Shown here: one piece after another, positions 1 to 12,062 of the stretch
Position numbering within the stretch: the first letter of the stretch is position 1
How the letters are laid out: every line of letters begins with the position of its first letter
Assembly: GCA_030390025.1 (NCBI GenBank)
Contig: CM059438.1
Location: 27,404,001 to 27,468,000, forward strand
Direction: 5' to 3'
From: Squalus acanthias
Lineage: Eukaryota
Length of the DNA: 64,000 bases
Notes under the pieces: model-generated
Databases searched by the model: none
The model's input: only the letters and a program-made list of their open reading frames with translations
What the model was told of the DNA's origin: nothing
Made by a program: the position numbers and the translations under genes

Positions 1-336
1 AGGTGAAGTATAGCATTAGCCATATCCAGAATAAAGCCTCCTCAATTCTGCCTAACAATATAACAACCCCAATCAATTCCTCTATTACAGTTAACATTTT
101 TGTTTTTGTTTTTTATGAGCAAGGTTTTTAAAGGAATACTTCAGGATAAGATCCTGCAATCAACATACTATATCTGCAATTATTTTTCTGAAAAATATAT
201 TTAACCAGCTTTCAAAGTTTTAATCTCTGCACAAATGATTGCTGTTTTTACAGTAGAGACTGCCATTATCAATCATTTTGAAGGCTTGCCACAGAAATGT
301 GATATATCATTGCTTTCTACACCTCTTAGAACTCTG

Positions 337-645
337 ATGGTTTGGTTTTAACCTGGAGCGAGAACTGGGCGGGTAAAGGTTGAGGTGCGCGCCAAACCCC
401 CTGACCTCAGCTCCTTGAGGCCCGGGAGATTTTAACTCTGGGTGTTACCTGCATGGCTCCGGTCATTTTCCCGCTGAAAACTGGCGGGAAGCGGCAGGGT
501 GAGAGCTGAATGTTTGGTGTCACTCGGGTAAGTTACAGGAAAGGAATTTTGGGAGGGTCTCCTGATTGGAAAGGGGGTGAATCCCAGGCCAGGGAACGCC
601 TAAACTTTCCTCGTGGGGCCCGGAGGTGCACTCCTGCTCTATTTT
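337..645. mobile_element. Degenerate non-autonomous DNA transposon (Harbinger-type MITE) fragment
   Basis: GC-rich island starting with a GG..TTTTAAC terminus like those at 20223, 28537 and 29359; shares the internal GTGGGGCC.GGAGG.GCA/CTCC stem-loop motif. Confidence 0.45.
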
Positions 646-809
646 CTATAGTGAGAATTCACTATTTGCAAAACCCTGCTTGCCAACAGCATTCTCATGT
701 ATCCTCTTGCTGTGAGATCAGGGAACAGGTAGTATTATCGATGAGGCTGAATGAAAGGGAGAGGAAAAGGGAAAGCTTCTGATGCCTGAGACGAGGGCTT
801 ACAAACAAT

Positions 810-1568
810 GGCCCGGATTTTGCGGTCAGCGGCGAAGAGACGACGCTCACTGCTGACCTTGAAGAAAGCTGCCCACAAAGATTTAGAGGGTTCTGTGGCA
901 TCGATTTCGTAATTATGTAGTCAGTTTCATTCTGCCGCCATCTATAGGGGACCTCTGGCGTCCAGGAACAGTGAAGTCTTCAAGCAGGCTAAGCAGCCAA
1001 TCAGATTGAAGAATTTTCATAGGCCGCAAACCAGGAAATAAAAAGCACTTATTATCATTCACTTTTTAATCATTTTACAGAGAGTGAAATAAAGATTGGG
1101 ACTTACACATGGGATTAAGGTAGAAGCTGAAATATCATAAACAAACTTTAAAAAAATAAAATTAATTTTTATTATTTTAAAAATCTCTAATTTTTATCAT
1201 GGAATGAAGAGAATGACACTCCCACTTTTAAATACATTTTTATGGGCCAGAGAGGTTGTTAATTATGACTTAGTACGCAGTTAAAAATTCATTTACACCC
1301 CATTCAACAAGGCTTAACCTTTTCAATGCTTTTTACAGCGAGAATAGTGTATAAAAAGTTGAAGTACACATCAAATCACTGATTCTGTGTTGATTGCATC
1401 TGTGAAGTCTGCAACAGCGCACCCTGTGGAGGAGCAGGGTATCACTGACAGCAACTTCCGAATTTCTTCGTTTAACTGTGCATATGCCAGAAGTTGCTGT
1501 CAGTTTTACACAGCAATGACGGTGATCGCTGACAGTTTCGCTGTCATTACAACTGCAAATTCCGAGCC
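810..1568. mobile_element. MITE, probably PIF/Harbinger-derived
   Basis: TIRs GGCCCGGATTTTGC / GCAAATTCCGAGCC, 3-bp TSD AAT on both sides; homologous to 5094-5832 in the opposite orientation. Confidence 0.85.
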
Positions 1569-1600
1569 AATGGATGCGAGAAAAGATACTCCAAGACATG

Positions 1601-2260
1601 GGCTGAGAATTTCCTGGATCGGTGTAAATTGAGAAATATCCAAAACTTTACAACGGTTTGTACAGCGATCTTGTTGGCCTGTACTTACGCCAAAAGTTCC
1701 TGCAAAGCTCATTAGCATAAGTTGGGACATAAAAACTAGTGTAAATGAGAAGTCAGCATAAACAGTCAGTGCCTGAGAAAAACGCAGAACCTACACCATA
1801 TTTTGTCTTTAAGTCCCTCTTTAAGAAAATTAAATTTTGAAGCCATCAAACTATAATTTATGCACACCAGGCACAGCATGTTCAAGAAAATACAACCATG
1901 GAAGCTTTTCAACTTTTAATCTAACACTTTCTGATGGCATAAAGCATTAAAAAAAAATAGAAAATACAATAATATATATATTTTTAAATCTCTATGAAAA
2001 AGCATAAATCAGGACTTTGGTCCCTGCTGCGCCTAAATGTTTTGGCTCAAAACTACACCTGTAGAAAACTAATGTAAATGCAGGAAATTGATGTAAGCTG
2101 CTGTTTTGCATGGGGGCGACGCAAATTTAATGAGCGGCAGAGGGTTTGGGCGGAGGTTTCGTGGAATTAGAGCAAAAGATTAGTGAAACCTAATTCCTTG
2201 ATCTATTATGCAGAAAATTGCGCTGTCGTTTCGGCACAAATTTCCATGAAATTCTGAGCC
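1601..2260. mobile_element. MITE, probably PIF/Harbinger-derived
   Basis: TIRs GGCTGAGAATTTCCTGG / CCATGAAATTCTGAGCC, 3-bp TSD ATG on both sides. Confidence 0.8.
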
Positions 2261-3383
2261 ATGACGTGTAACAGTTGAATCAGAAACAGGGGAGTGAGCA
2301 GGGAGATCAGAAGTGAGGCAGCGAGGATGGAATTCAGGATTGAAGAATACAGAAAGGGGGTTTGGAGACAGGAATCAAGGTAGAAAGGAAAATATTAATA
2401 TGGGTATTATTTTTCCAAATGAATTAAATCCCAGGATTCAAATGTTGCTTTGTGCTACTGGAATAAATTTTTTGGATATTCCCCTCACTGTTTAATCAAT
2501 GGGATCATTAATTTAATGACTAAACAATTGGGAGTACCGTGAATTGGGCTCGCTGGCCTCTGGGCCCGATTCTTTGATCTATACTCCATTGAGTGAGAAT
2601 CTGTACTAGGAATGGAGTCTCTCAAAATATACCCCACTCTTCCCCCAACTATACACATCCTGGGTGACATTGTAGCAAATGGTATGTTTATGTTGTGGAG
2701 AGAATCTAAAAATGAATAATAGATCATTTCTGTGATGAGTGCCTGATCTCAGCCAGGCATGTAGTTCAACACAATTAATCTCATTGTCTTCTAGTTATGG
2801 AAGGGGAATGTGGAGGGCAAGAGGGCAACTGGTATCTGAGAAACCATATCCTAGCATGAGTCAGGGGCCCTATTCTGTGCTCCAATTTCAGCTGAGTGAC
2901 CACTGCCGTCAGTGTTAAGCTATTGGAGAACAGTAACATTTTATTTACCAGTGGCAACTTCTGTTGTGCACAAGGTTTAGAATGCTTCCTCAAACTCCAA
3001 ATTTGTACTAAAATCTTTAGCGGGGTTTTTTCTGCAGCAAACTTTTTAAAGCCAACGAAGTCTTATAATCATTTGCAATGATAGTGCAGATGTGGGGAGT
3101 GCAACAACATATTCCAGTTGTTTCCAGTCCTCAATTTCAACTGGAATTGAAATAATGACTGTATATCATTTGCTGCACTATTTCCTGGATATACAGCAGA
3201 GCTCATTGTCTGAATTTATTGCATAGACAAGGAAGGCCGAGGGTTGAAAGGGGCTGCAAACCCCATAGAATCCTGACAGCCTTTGCCATCAGGCACACAC
3301 ATGGCCATTTCTCCCACTTCAGAATCAACCAGCTGAATATGACTGCAGAGCACTGCATGTAATACCTGCCGCTATCCAGAGAG

Positions 3384-4050
3384 ATGGTCGTTGAGTGTGT
3401 CGTCTTCTCTGGTACGAGCTTGGGGAAGCAGTCCAGCATGAGCAAAGCTCAGAACTTTTATGCTCAGGGTTTTTCCCGGCTGTCACAGCGGCTCACACAA
3501 GACTCCTTGCAGTGCTGTGTCCAGCATGTCATCGAGGCTCTGCAAAGACATGAACCGTGTTATGTGGACTTTGGCACCGAACTTCAGCTGCAGACATTCA
3601 GCAGCAAGGCATCTTTGAAACTGACAGTTTCTTAAGTGTGCAATGCATCATAAATTGCAATCATTTGCACTCCATCAGGCTATGTCATGCAGTACACAAG
3701 TGGAAAAGGATATCACTCAATCGGTGTGCAGATACTATATGATGTCAATCCTGGCATCCTCCACATTCATGGCACATATTGATTCCTACATCTTTTGGCA
3801 GTTGAACATTAAGGATCTGTCCCACCAAAAGAACAGGTTGGATGGATGGGTACTGGGGGATACCATGTCTTCCAAGTAAAGAAGTGCTATAGTGAGGCTC
3901 ATTCCAAACTCAGGATGCTCACTGAAGAATAATTCCATTGCCTGGATTGAGGGGGGTGGAGGTGAAGTGCAGGTGCATAAATTGGTTCTATAGCCGCTAA
4001 CTAAAAAATCTGAAGCCAGTCCAGCAGCAAGTCCACAAGCTCTCACATAA
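3384..4050 (+). pseudogene. Highly decayed Harbinger (HARBI1-like) DDE transposase remnant
   Basis: Across frames: NFYAQGFS..LQCCVQHVIEAL, VQCIINCNH, HIDSYIF, GWVLGD, in the same order as the motifs of the transposase at 35392-36559. Confidence 0.7.
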
Positions 4051-4293
4051 CTGTGAACTATGCTTTCTTACTATGCTTTTCTGCCATTTGGAGTTTCAAA
4101 ACTTCACTCCTCACAGCTGCTTCAGCAGTTATTGCTTCAATCTTATCACTCATGATGATTCAGGCACTTAAGATGTGCCATCAGCCAGCCTAAAGATTGG
4201 TTATTATTTTGCTACATCAGTAGTGGCAAGACAAGCACTTTCAGCAACTGGTGGAGAACACAGGCCAGAACAGGGCCCCAACTGGCAGCCGCT

Positions 4294-4336
4294 AATAGAA
4301 ACATAGAAACATAGAAACTAGGAGCAGGAGTAGGCA
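4294..4336 (-). mobile_element. CR1 extreme 3' tail
   Basis: Reverse complement of GCCTACTCCTGCTCCTA plus a (TTTCTATG)n octamer tail, like the tail at 10320-10353. Confidence 0.7.
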
Positions 4337-4499
4337 TGTTTACATTCATCAGCATTGGAGGTGACCATGCCACCTAAAGTGGAGAACTGAGCCCAAGGAG
4401 AAGGAGGAAAAGTGGTACCCCAACATGTATAAAATATACATTTGTTTTAATCTCACCTTGGTGTAATCAACATTTTTTTTTTAAATGCAGCTGGCGGGT

Positions 4500-4810
4500 G
4501 GGTCAAGTACTTGAGGTCCTAGATTCAAAATCATCGGCAAAAGATCTAGATCGGAGATTAGGAGAATTTTTTTTTTACTCAGTGAGTTGTCGGGATCTGG
4601 AATGCTCCACCTGAAAAGGTGGTGGAAGCTGATTCCATAAATAATTTTAAAGGGGAGTTGGACAGGTACATGAGGATGAGGAACTTAGAGTTACGGACAA
4701 AAAGCAGGAATGCGGGACTAAGCACGATTGCTCTTTCAAAGAGCCACACAAACATGATGGGCTGAATGGCCTCCTTCTGTGTTGTAAGTTTTGATAATTC
4801 TATGATAACT
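4500..4810 (+). mobile_element. Old CR1 3' fragment
   Basis: FFTQ.VVGIWNAPPEKVVEADSINNFKGELDRY-like ORF2 end plus 3'UTR GATGGGCTGAATGGCCTCCTTCTGTG. Confidence 0.8.
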
Positions 4811-5093
4811 ATACTTTTTTTTTCTTCTAAATACAGTTGATTGAACAATGGCAACCTTTCAAAACCTAAACACCGAAGAGCGTTTAAGAGTATCTTCTGA
4901 TGACCTTTTGAAAGGTTTGCAAAAGCAGTAGGGAAAATTTCCATCAACATAATTGTTTCTACTGTGCTACGGTGTAAAAACACAAAGGCCAATGTTTTGA
5001 CGTCACTTTACATATTAACATATTTGTTGCAATATGAGCAAAAGTGCGATACAAATGACAGATAGATTTGTACTTGAATATACTCAAAATATA

Positions 5094-5832
5094 GGCCCGG
5101 ATTTTGCTGTAATAATAATGGTTAGGCTATCAGCACTCACAGGGTAAATCTGACAGCAACTTCTGGCATCCGCAAATGCGCAGTTAAATGCGGAAATCCA
5201 GAATTTGCTGTCAGCGATACCCTGCTCCTCCACAGGGTGCGCTGTTGCAGATCTTGCTGATCGACTTGGCACTGAAATCACTGTAATGACGTGAACTTGG
5301 GGTACTTGCCCACTAGTTCCGCACTAAAGACGTCTGAAAAAGGTAGAGCTGGTACATTTAAGAGTAAGTGAGTTTTTAACTGCATAATAAGTGATAATTA
5401 CTATTGAACAACCTCTCTGGCCCTGAAAAATTAATTTTACAAGTGTGGAGTCTCATTCCCTCAGAAGAAAATTAACATTGCAGATTAACTTTTTCTGTTT
5501 GTCTCTTTTATCTTTGTCCCTTAATCCCATCTGTATTTCCCAATCTTTATTTCACTTCCTGTACATGATTTAAATGTGATTTATATTTCCTGTTTTTTAC
5601 TTCCTGGTTTGGACTCTGTGTGGCTCAGTGAGGATACTTCAATCTGATTGGTTGAAGAGTCTCGCTGTTGCTTGCCCTCTTCCCCGATGCCACAGATCCC
5701 CTGTAGAGGGCGCACTGAAACAGATGGTGGATTAGTAGAAATTTTCACTGAAAAGGCCGCGAAAAATCTGTGGGCAACTACACGCGAAATGAACGGTGAA
5801 AACTGTTCGCCGCTCACTGCAAAATCCGGGCC
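5094..5832. mobile_element. MITE, same family as 810-1568, inverted
   Basis: Perfect 14-bp TIR GGCCCGGATTTTGC / GCAAAATCCGGGCC; flanks ATA/ATT; the spurious ORFs share ATAHPVEEQGI with the first copy. Confidence 0.85.
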
Positions 5833-6212
5833 ATTGTCTTCCGACTATGATACCCGTTATTAAAGTTTTATGGCACAAATCCCTTGTACTTGAAAATGAT
5901 TCATTGCTTGCTCATCGTACTAATACAGCATTGTTGACTTGTTAAATGCTGTACAAAAAATTCACTGAACAATGATCGTCTGTACCATTGATGAGAAAGC
6001 CCTCTTAAATATTAAAATATTCTTGAGCATAAATAGCTAAACAAATTTACGACATAACAGTAGAAATTCTCTTGTTGACTAATGACAGCTTTATAAATCA
6101 TCTTTGGCATGACACTATTGATGAATCAGGAGCTCCATCTTCAGAAGTAAATTGACAGTGTCAACCAGCAGAAATATGCTTGGGATGTATGCTCTGAGCA
6201 AGGCAGCATTCT

Positions 6213-6226
6213 GTTTCCATGGTAAC
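6213..6226. promoter_or_regulatory. RFX X-box motif (candidate)
   Basis: GTTTCCATGGTAAC matches the consensus GTTNCCATGGNAAC in sequence with no recognisable repeat; function untested. Confidence 0.35.
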
Positions 6227-8030
6227 TCTTAACTACCAAATCATCAGTGTTAGATTTTGATATTCAAGAAAATTGCAAGAAACATTTATTACTTTCTCAA
6301 GTGCATAACTCTCATTTTTTTCCCAGTGATTGCTTTTTAGAGACAATTTATAAGCGAGGATTTAGGCCCAATTTATAACCATTTCACAATGTTGCATAGA
6401 GGTACTTCTGTGTTTAGAGTGGCTTCTCGCAACTGGTTGCTCCACAACTTCTCAACTAATACATTTTATTGAGTTTACTTAGCTAACTTTGAAGGGCTAG
6501 AACAGTCATACTGCACTAACTCAGTCTCCCCACATGTTTTTCCCTTGGACTGCAGCAACTGCCACACTTTTTTATACTTTTTTTTTTAAGAGTGCAAAAT
6601 GTAAATGGAGAGGAAATAATAAGCAAACAGTGCTATAAAATATATAGCTGGATTGAAAAAAGGGACAGGTTATCATGAAATCTAAAGAACACTTTCTGTG
6701 GTTGTGGCTAACAGTTGCCTACTGCAGAAGCCCAAAAATGCTAAGTGGAAACTTGTGATTGATAGATGTGTGTGGAAATTAGACTGATCGAGTGTCTGAG
6801 GCCGGATTCACCATTACTGTGTTCTGCAAAAGTGCACTGATTTCCATTTTTTGTTACAACTCTGCAGTTATCTGTAAAATTACAAAATATAAACCATCAT
6901 TTACAATGTGTACATCAAGTGCTTTAAATCACTTTAGTTTGACTGATAACTGAAGAGCAATACAGGTACCAGTATTTCCCCCCTAAACATCTCTGGGTAG
7001 AGTTTCCGCTTTGGGAGCAATTGCGCCCAAAATGCGCTTGAGATTGCGCTGGTTAGGTTACGCTTCAAGTTTTCGCTAAAATTAATTTGCATAACTGCAA
7101 ACATAAAATCTTCCATAGACCAGTGCAATTGGACAGCGTAACTGAATGTAATCATTTCTTTTTGTTTTCTTTCCATTAAGAAGTACTCCTTGTTGTATTT
7201 AAGAGTGGTAACCTGGTGTTGTTTTATTAATACAGCTGAAAATGGGTTTATCACAAAAATAAGCATTTTTGATCAAGTTTAATTTTTATTAAACTATCTA
7301 TGGTAACTTGATGACTAACGAAAAGTAATATAGCTACTTTCATGATCAACCTTTCATTACTTTTGGTACCTGCTTTTTGTGTCTAATGGAAGACACACAA
7401 ACATAAGAAAGATAGGAAATGGTCATTTGCCCCAAAAAGCTAGTCCTTTTTTAGTTCATCACAACCTTAATTTCCTACTTTTCAATGTATCCATCGCCTC
7501 TTTGTGCAAAAGCTCATCTAATTATTCTATAATTCAGTTTATGCTATTTGCTTCAATGGGTTTCCATTGTAAATTATGATGGTGTATTTTCTCTTGTTTG
7601 CTAATGGTAGTGAAAAACTTGACATGGATATATACTTATCTAACCTTTTCCCTTAATATTAATAAACAGTGGGAAATGTCCCCGTTTGTGTTTTTTATCT
7701 TTTGTGTGCAATAGTTTTCTACCAGAATTTCCTGTTCACTCCTAATTTTAAAATGATAATTGTTCTCTTGTTTTCAAAGTGTTTGTCAGTCAACAAGTTG
7801 TCTATAGCCCTTTTACAATTTTGAAAAGTTCAGTTAGATCATCTTAAAGACTCTTTTCCAGTAAAGCCAAGCCCAGCTTTTCCCAATTTCAACTTCCTAC
7901 TATCAATTTTAAGTGGATCAATGCTTTCTTTAAACTTTTGACACCTGTATGTGCAAAACCACTTTATTGCAACATGACATGTTTTCTGCATTTTAACATT
8001 TGTTTGTTCATTTTGCTCCTCTAATTATAT

Positions 8031-8349
8031 GTGTCAGCATGGCTCAATTTGTAGCACTCTTGCCTCTGGGTCAGAAGGTTGTGAGTTTGAGCCCCACCAA
8101 GGGATTGAGGGAATAAGCTAGGCTGACATTCCAGTGCATTGTTGAATGTGCTGTCTTTGATGAAACATTGAACTGAAGTCCCGTCTGACTATTCCAGTGG
8201 TCAGGTGGATGTTGAAGATCCAATGACACTATTTGAAGATCCAATGACACTATTTGAAGAAGATCAGGGAGATCTCCTGGTGTCCTGGCCAACTTTCCTA
8301 TTTCAACCAATAACGCTTGTAAAAAGGTTGAATGGTCATTCATCTCATG
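8031..8349 (+). mobile_element. Deu-domain tRNA-derived SINE (SacSINE1-like), 5' part
   Basis: tRNA-like head TGGCTCAATTTGTAGCAC..GAGTTTGAGCCCC; body continues after the CR1 at 10354; internal 21-bp tandem duplication at about 8211-8258. Confidence 0.75.
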
Positions 8350-10353
8350 ACATGTGCAATGAGAAAGGGTTCATTAATAACCTTGTAGTAAAGGGGCCTT
8401 TAGGGAAGAGTGACCATAATATGATAGAATTTTATATTGAGTTTGAAAGTGATTTAGTTAAATCCGAAACTAGGGTCTTAAATCTAAACAAAGCAAACTA
8501 TGTAGGTATGAGGGGCGAGTTGGCTAAGGTAGATTGGGAAACTACATTAAAAGGTATGACAGTAGAGAAGCAATGGCTAGCATTTAAAGAATTAGTACAT
8601 AATTTACAACAAATATACATTCCTTTAAGGCACAAAAACCCCACAAGAAAAGTGGTCCAACCGTGGCTAACAAGAGAAGTTAAAGATAGTATTAGATCAA
8701 AGGAAGAGGCTTCTAAAGTTGCCAAAAAGAGTAGTAAGCCTGAGGATTGGGAGGATTTTAGAATTCAGCAAAGGAGGACCAAGAAATTGATAGATAAAGG
8801 GAAAATAGAATATGAGAGTAAACTAGCGAGAGACATAAAAACTCTTGGTTGTCATTTTCCAAAATTCCATAGATTCTGGAACGGTTCCCGTGGATTGGAA
8901 GGTAGCAAATGTAACCCCACTATTTAAGAAAGGAGGCAGAGAGAAAACGGGGAACTACAGACCAGTTAGCCTGACATCAGTAGTAGGGAAAATGCTAGAA
9001 TCTATTATTAAGGACGTGGTAACAGGGCACTTAGAAAATAATAATAGGATTGGGCAGAGTCCACACTGATTTATGAAAGGGAAATCATGTTTGACGCATC
9101 TGTTAGAGTTTTTTGAGTTTGTAACTAGCAGAATAGATAAGGGGGAACCAGTGGATGTGGTGTATTTGGATTTTCAGAAGGCATTCAATAACGTGCCACA
9201 CAAGAGGTTATTAAACAAAATTAGGGCTCATGGGATTGGGGGTAATATACTAGCATAGATTGAGGATTGGTTAATGGACAGAAACAGAGAGTAGGAATAA
9301 ACGGGTCATTTTCGGGTTGGCAGGCTGTAACTAGTGGGGTACCGCAAGGATCAGTGCTTGGGCCTCAGCTATTCACAATCTACATCAATGATTTGGATGA
9401 GGGGACCAAATGTTATATATCCAAGTTTGCTGATGATACAAAGCTGGGTGGGAATGTGAGTTGTGAGGAGGATGCAAAGAGGCTTCAAGGGGATATAGAC
9501 AAGCTAAGTGAGTGGGCAAGAACATGGCAAATAGAATATAATTTGGAGAAATGTGAAGTTATCCACTTTGGTAGGAAAAATAGAAAAGCAGAGTATTTTT
9601 TAAATGGTGAGAGATTGGGAAATGTTGGTGTTCAGAAGGACCTGGGTGTCCTTGTACATGAGTCACTGAAAGTTAACATGCAGGTACAGCAAGCAATTAA
9701 GAAAGCACATGGTATGTTGGCCTTTATTACAAGAGGATTTGAGTATAAGAATAAAGACGTCTTACTGCAATTATATAGGGCCCTGGTGAGACTACACCTG
9801 GAGTATTGTGTACAGTTTTGGTCTCCTTACCTAAGGAAGGATATACTTGCCTTAGAGGGAGTGCAACGAAGGTTCACCAGACTGATTCCTGGGATGGGGG
9901 GATTGTCCTATGAGGAGAGATTGAGTAGACTAGGGCGATATTCTCTGGAGTTTAGAAGAATGAGAGGTTATCTCGTTGAAACATACAAAATTCTTACAGG
10001 GCTTGACAGGGTAGATGCAGGGCGGATGTTTCCCCTGGCTGGGGAGCCTAGAACCAGGGGTCACAGTCTCAGAATAAGGGGTCGACCATTTAGGACTGAG
10101 ATGAGGAAAAATTTCTTCACTCAGAGGGTGAATCTTTGGAATTCTCTACCCCAGAGGGCTGTGGAGGCTCAGTCGTTGAGTATATTCAAGACAGAGATCG
10201 ATAGATTTTTGGATATTAAGGGAATCAAGTGCTATGGGGATAGTGCAGGAAAGTGTAGTTGAGGTAGAAGATCAGCCATGATCTTATTGAATGGTGGAGC
10301 AGGCTCAAGGGGCCAAATGGCCTACTCCTGCTCCTATTTCTTATGTTCTTATG
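8350..10353 (+). mobile_element. 5'-truncated CR1 LINE; disrupted ORF2 (endonuclease end plus reverse transcriptase)
   Basis: SDHN, NYRPVSLTS, YLDFQKAF, GVPQGSVLGP, KFADDTK motifs; stops at about 9067 and 9256, frameshifts, an apparent internal deletion near 8843; (TTCTTATG)2 tail. Confidence 0.97.
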
Positions 10354-10455
10354 TTGTGGAACTTTACTGGTGCAGAATGACTACTATTTTTGCCTACATA
10401 ACAGTCACTGCACTTCAAGCAGTAATTCACTGTGTAAAGTGCTTTAAAATGTGAA
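10354..10455 (+). mobile_element. Deu-domain SINE, 3' part
   Basis: GCCTACATAACAGTCACTGCACTTCAA..GTAAAGTGCTTT matches the SINE 3' parts at 23100-23240 and 44370-44515. Confidence 0.7.
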
Positions 10456-11149
10456 AGGATGTTGCAGGAACTTAGCTGGAATGTGAGGTGATTACTGAGC
10501 TTGAGTATTTTAAATCTTACACTACATTATTTTATGTGAATGGGTGTTGGGCATCTGTGCTATCATAAATGTGTTGCTACTGAAAAGTGGCTAATCTTTC
10601 GTTCGTGATCGTGACCTCATACACTACATCATGAACTTCTGGACATGAGAATGGAGACAACAAAAATAATTGGATGACTTTGCAGAATTCAAAATAATGC
10701 CATACATTATCTATATTGTGCACTTATATTGCTGTGGTAGAAAAATCATTTTTCTAATATTTAACTGTGATCAGTATGCTGGCTTATGATTCCATTTCAG
10801 ATTCAAACAACTTTGTATTTCCTTAGATTTATTTTTAGAACTGATATAAATTAATACATAATTAAACAGTTCTTTCTTCAAACTTAGTGCTGTGTACCAT
10901 CAAGAAATTACCTAGTTATGTCATCACCATAGGGGCTGAATGCTTCACCATCTGCTTTGTGCTTTCACATTCAATTCATCAGATCTCCTTTTAGTCATAA
11001 ACATATGGATTTCACAGCACAGCAGAAATCGCTACAACAACATTGAAGTACGATACTCGCATTATGCTTGGCCATTTATATTAGCATAAAAATGTGACAT
11101 TTGTTGCAAAAGAAATTGCTGAGCCATCTGCATGTAAAAGGTTTGAAGT

Positions 11150-11390
11150 TTAAAAATGTAAAAGGCCTGTATGTGAGAAAATTGCCACAGAAGCACATGC
11201 TTTTTCAAAGTCATGTAACAGGCAGATACCTGGTAAGTTGTGCTCTTCTGTACAAAACATCAAGTCATAAATCATCTTAATATTCTGGCCAATAAATCTT
11301 GTACAACCTTTTTTATCCTCATTTATTATTAATGACAAGTAGGATTTAATATTTTATTATTTTTTGCTAACAATGGTGTTCCATTTTTAT
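11150..11390 (-). mobile_element. L1/Tx1-clade LINE reverse transcriptase fragment
   Basis: RFIGQNIKMIYDLM..EHNLPGICLLHDFEKACASV resembles the L1/Tx1 RT block R.I..NI..I.D....IDFEKAFDSV. Confidence 0.7.
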
Positions 11391-11877
11391 ACATAGCATT
11401 TAATGGTATAATCAGATATCAAATTCTTTTTCTTCAGGTCTAGATGCTACCTATTTTGTGCTACACTGTTGATGGCAATTAGTTTGTAATCTTTTCTGTG
11501 TATCAGCTAGAATCTAATACATTCCATGAAAAAGAGTTATATTCGGTTTTTGGAATTGTCACCACAAAGCAGTTTTAAGATTAAAAGCTTTCAGCTAAAC
11601 CAAATGCCGTTGTCTTCTTGCTAATCAACTAATATAAAATGAGGAAAGTTTTTTTCACAGAAGGTTGCAGTGGGTAAGGAACCAGTTTACGGATACTCCA
11701 TCTCCAACACTGTTCTGTATGTGATAGATTTGGTACTTGACAATTAACTGTAAATCAGTGCGTAACATGGAGTTTATAATAGAATTCAGCTGTTGCATGT
11801 GCTTTTGTGGTTTGCTTGGTGCATTGGGAGAACAAAAAGAGAGAATGTAATGGGAAGTAGAGAAATACATGCAAGAC

Positions 11878-12062
11878 AAAGAGGGGATTTGAGGAAAAAC
11901 TTTTTCACCCAGAGGGTGGTTGGAATCTGGAACTCACTGCCTGAAAGGGTGGTAGAGGCAGGAACCCTCACAACATTCAAGAAGCATTTAGATGAGCACT
12001 TGAAACGCCATAGCATACAAGGCTACGGACCAAGTGCTGGAAAATGGGATTAGAATAGACAG
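11878..12062 (+). mobile_element. CR1 3' fragment
   Basis: RGDLRKNFFTQRVVGIWNSLPERVVEAGTLTTFKKHLD..GYGPSAGKWD*. Confidence 0.92.

Noticed and set aside
8211-8258. 21-bp direct repeats as a CRISPR-like array
   Set aside because: Simple tandem duplication without spacers, inside a eukaryotic SINE
8205-8927. 240-aa ORF as a host gene
   Set aside because: Chance read-through from a SINE into CR1 ORF2
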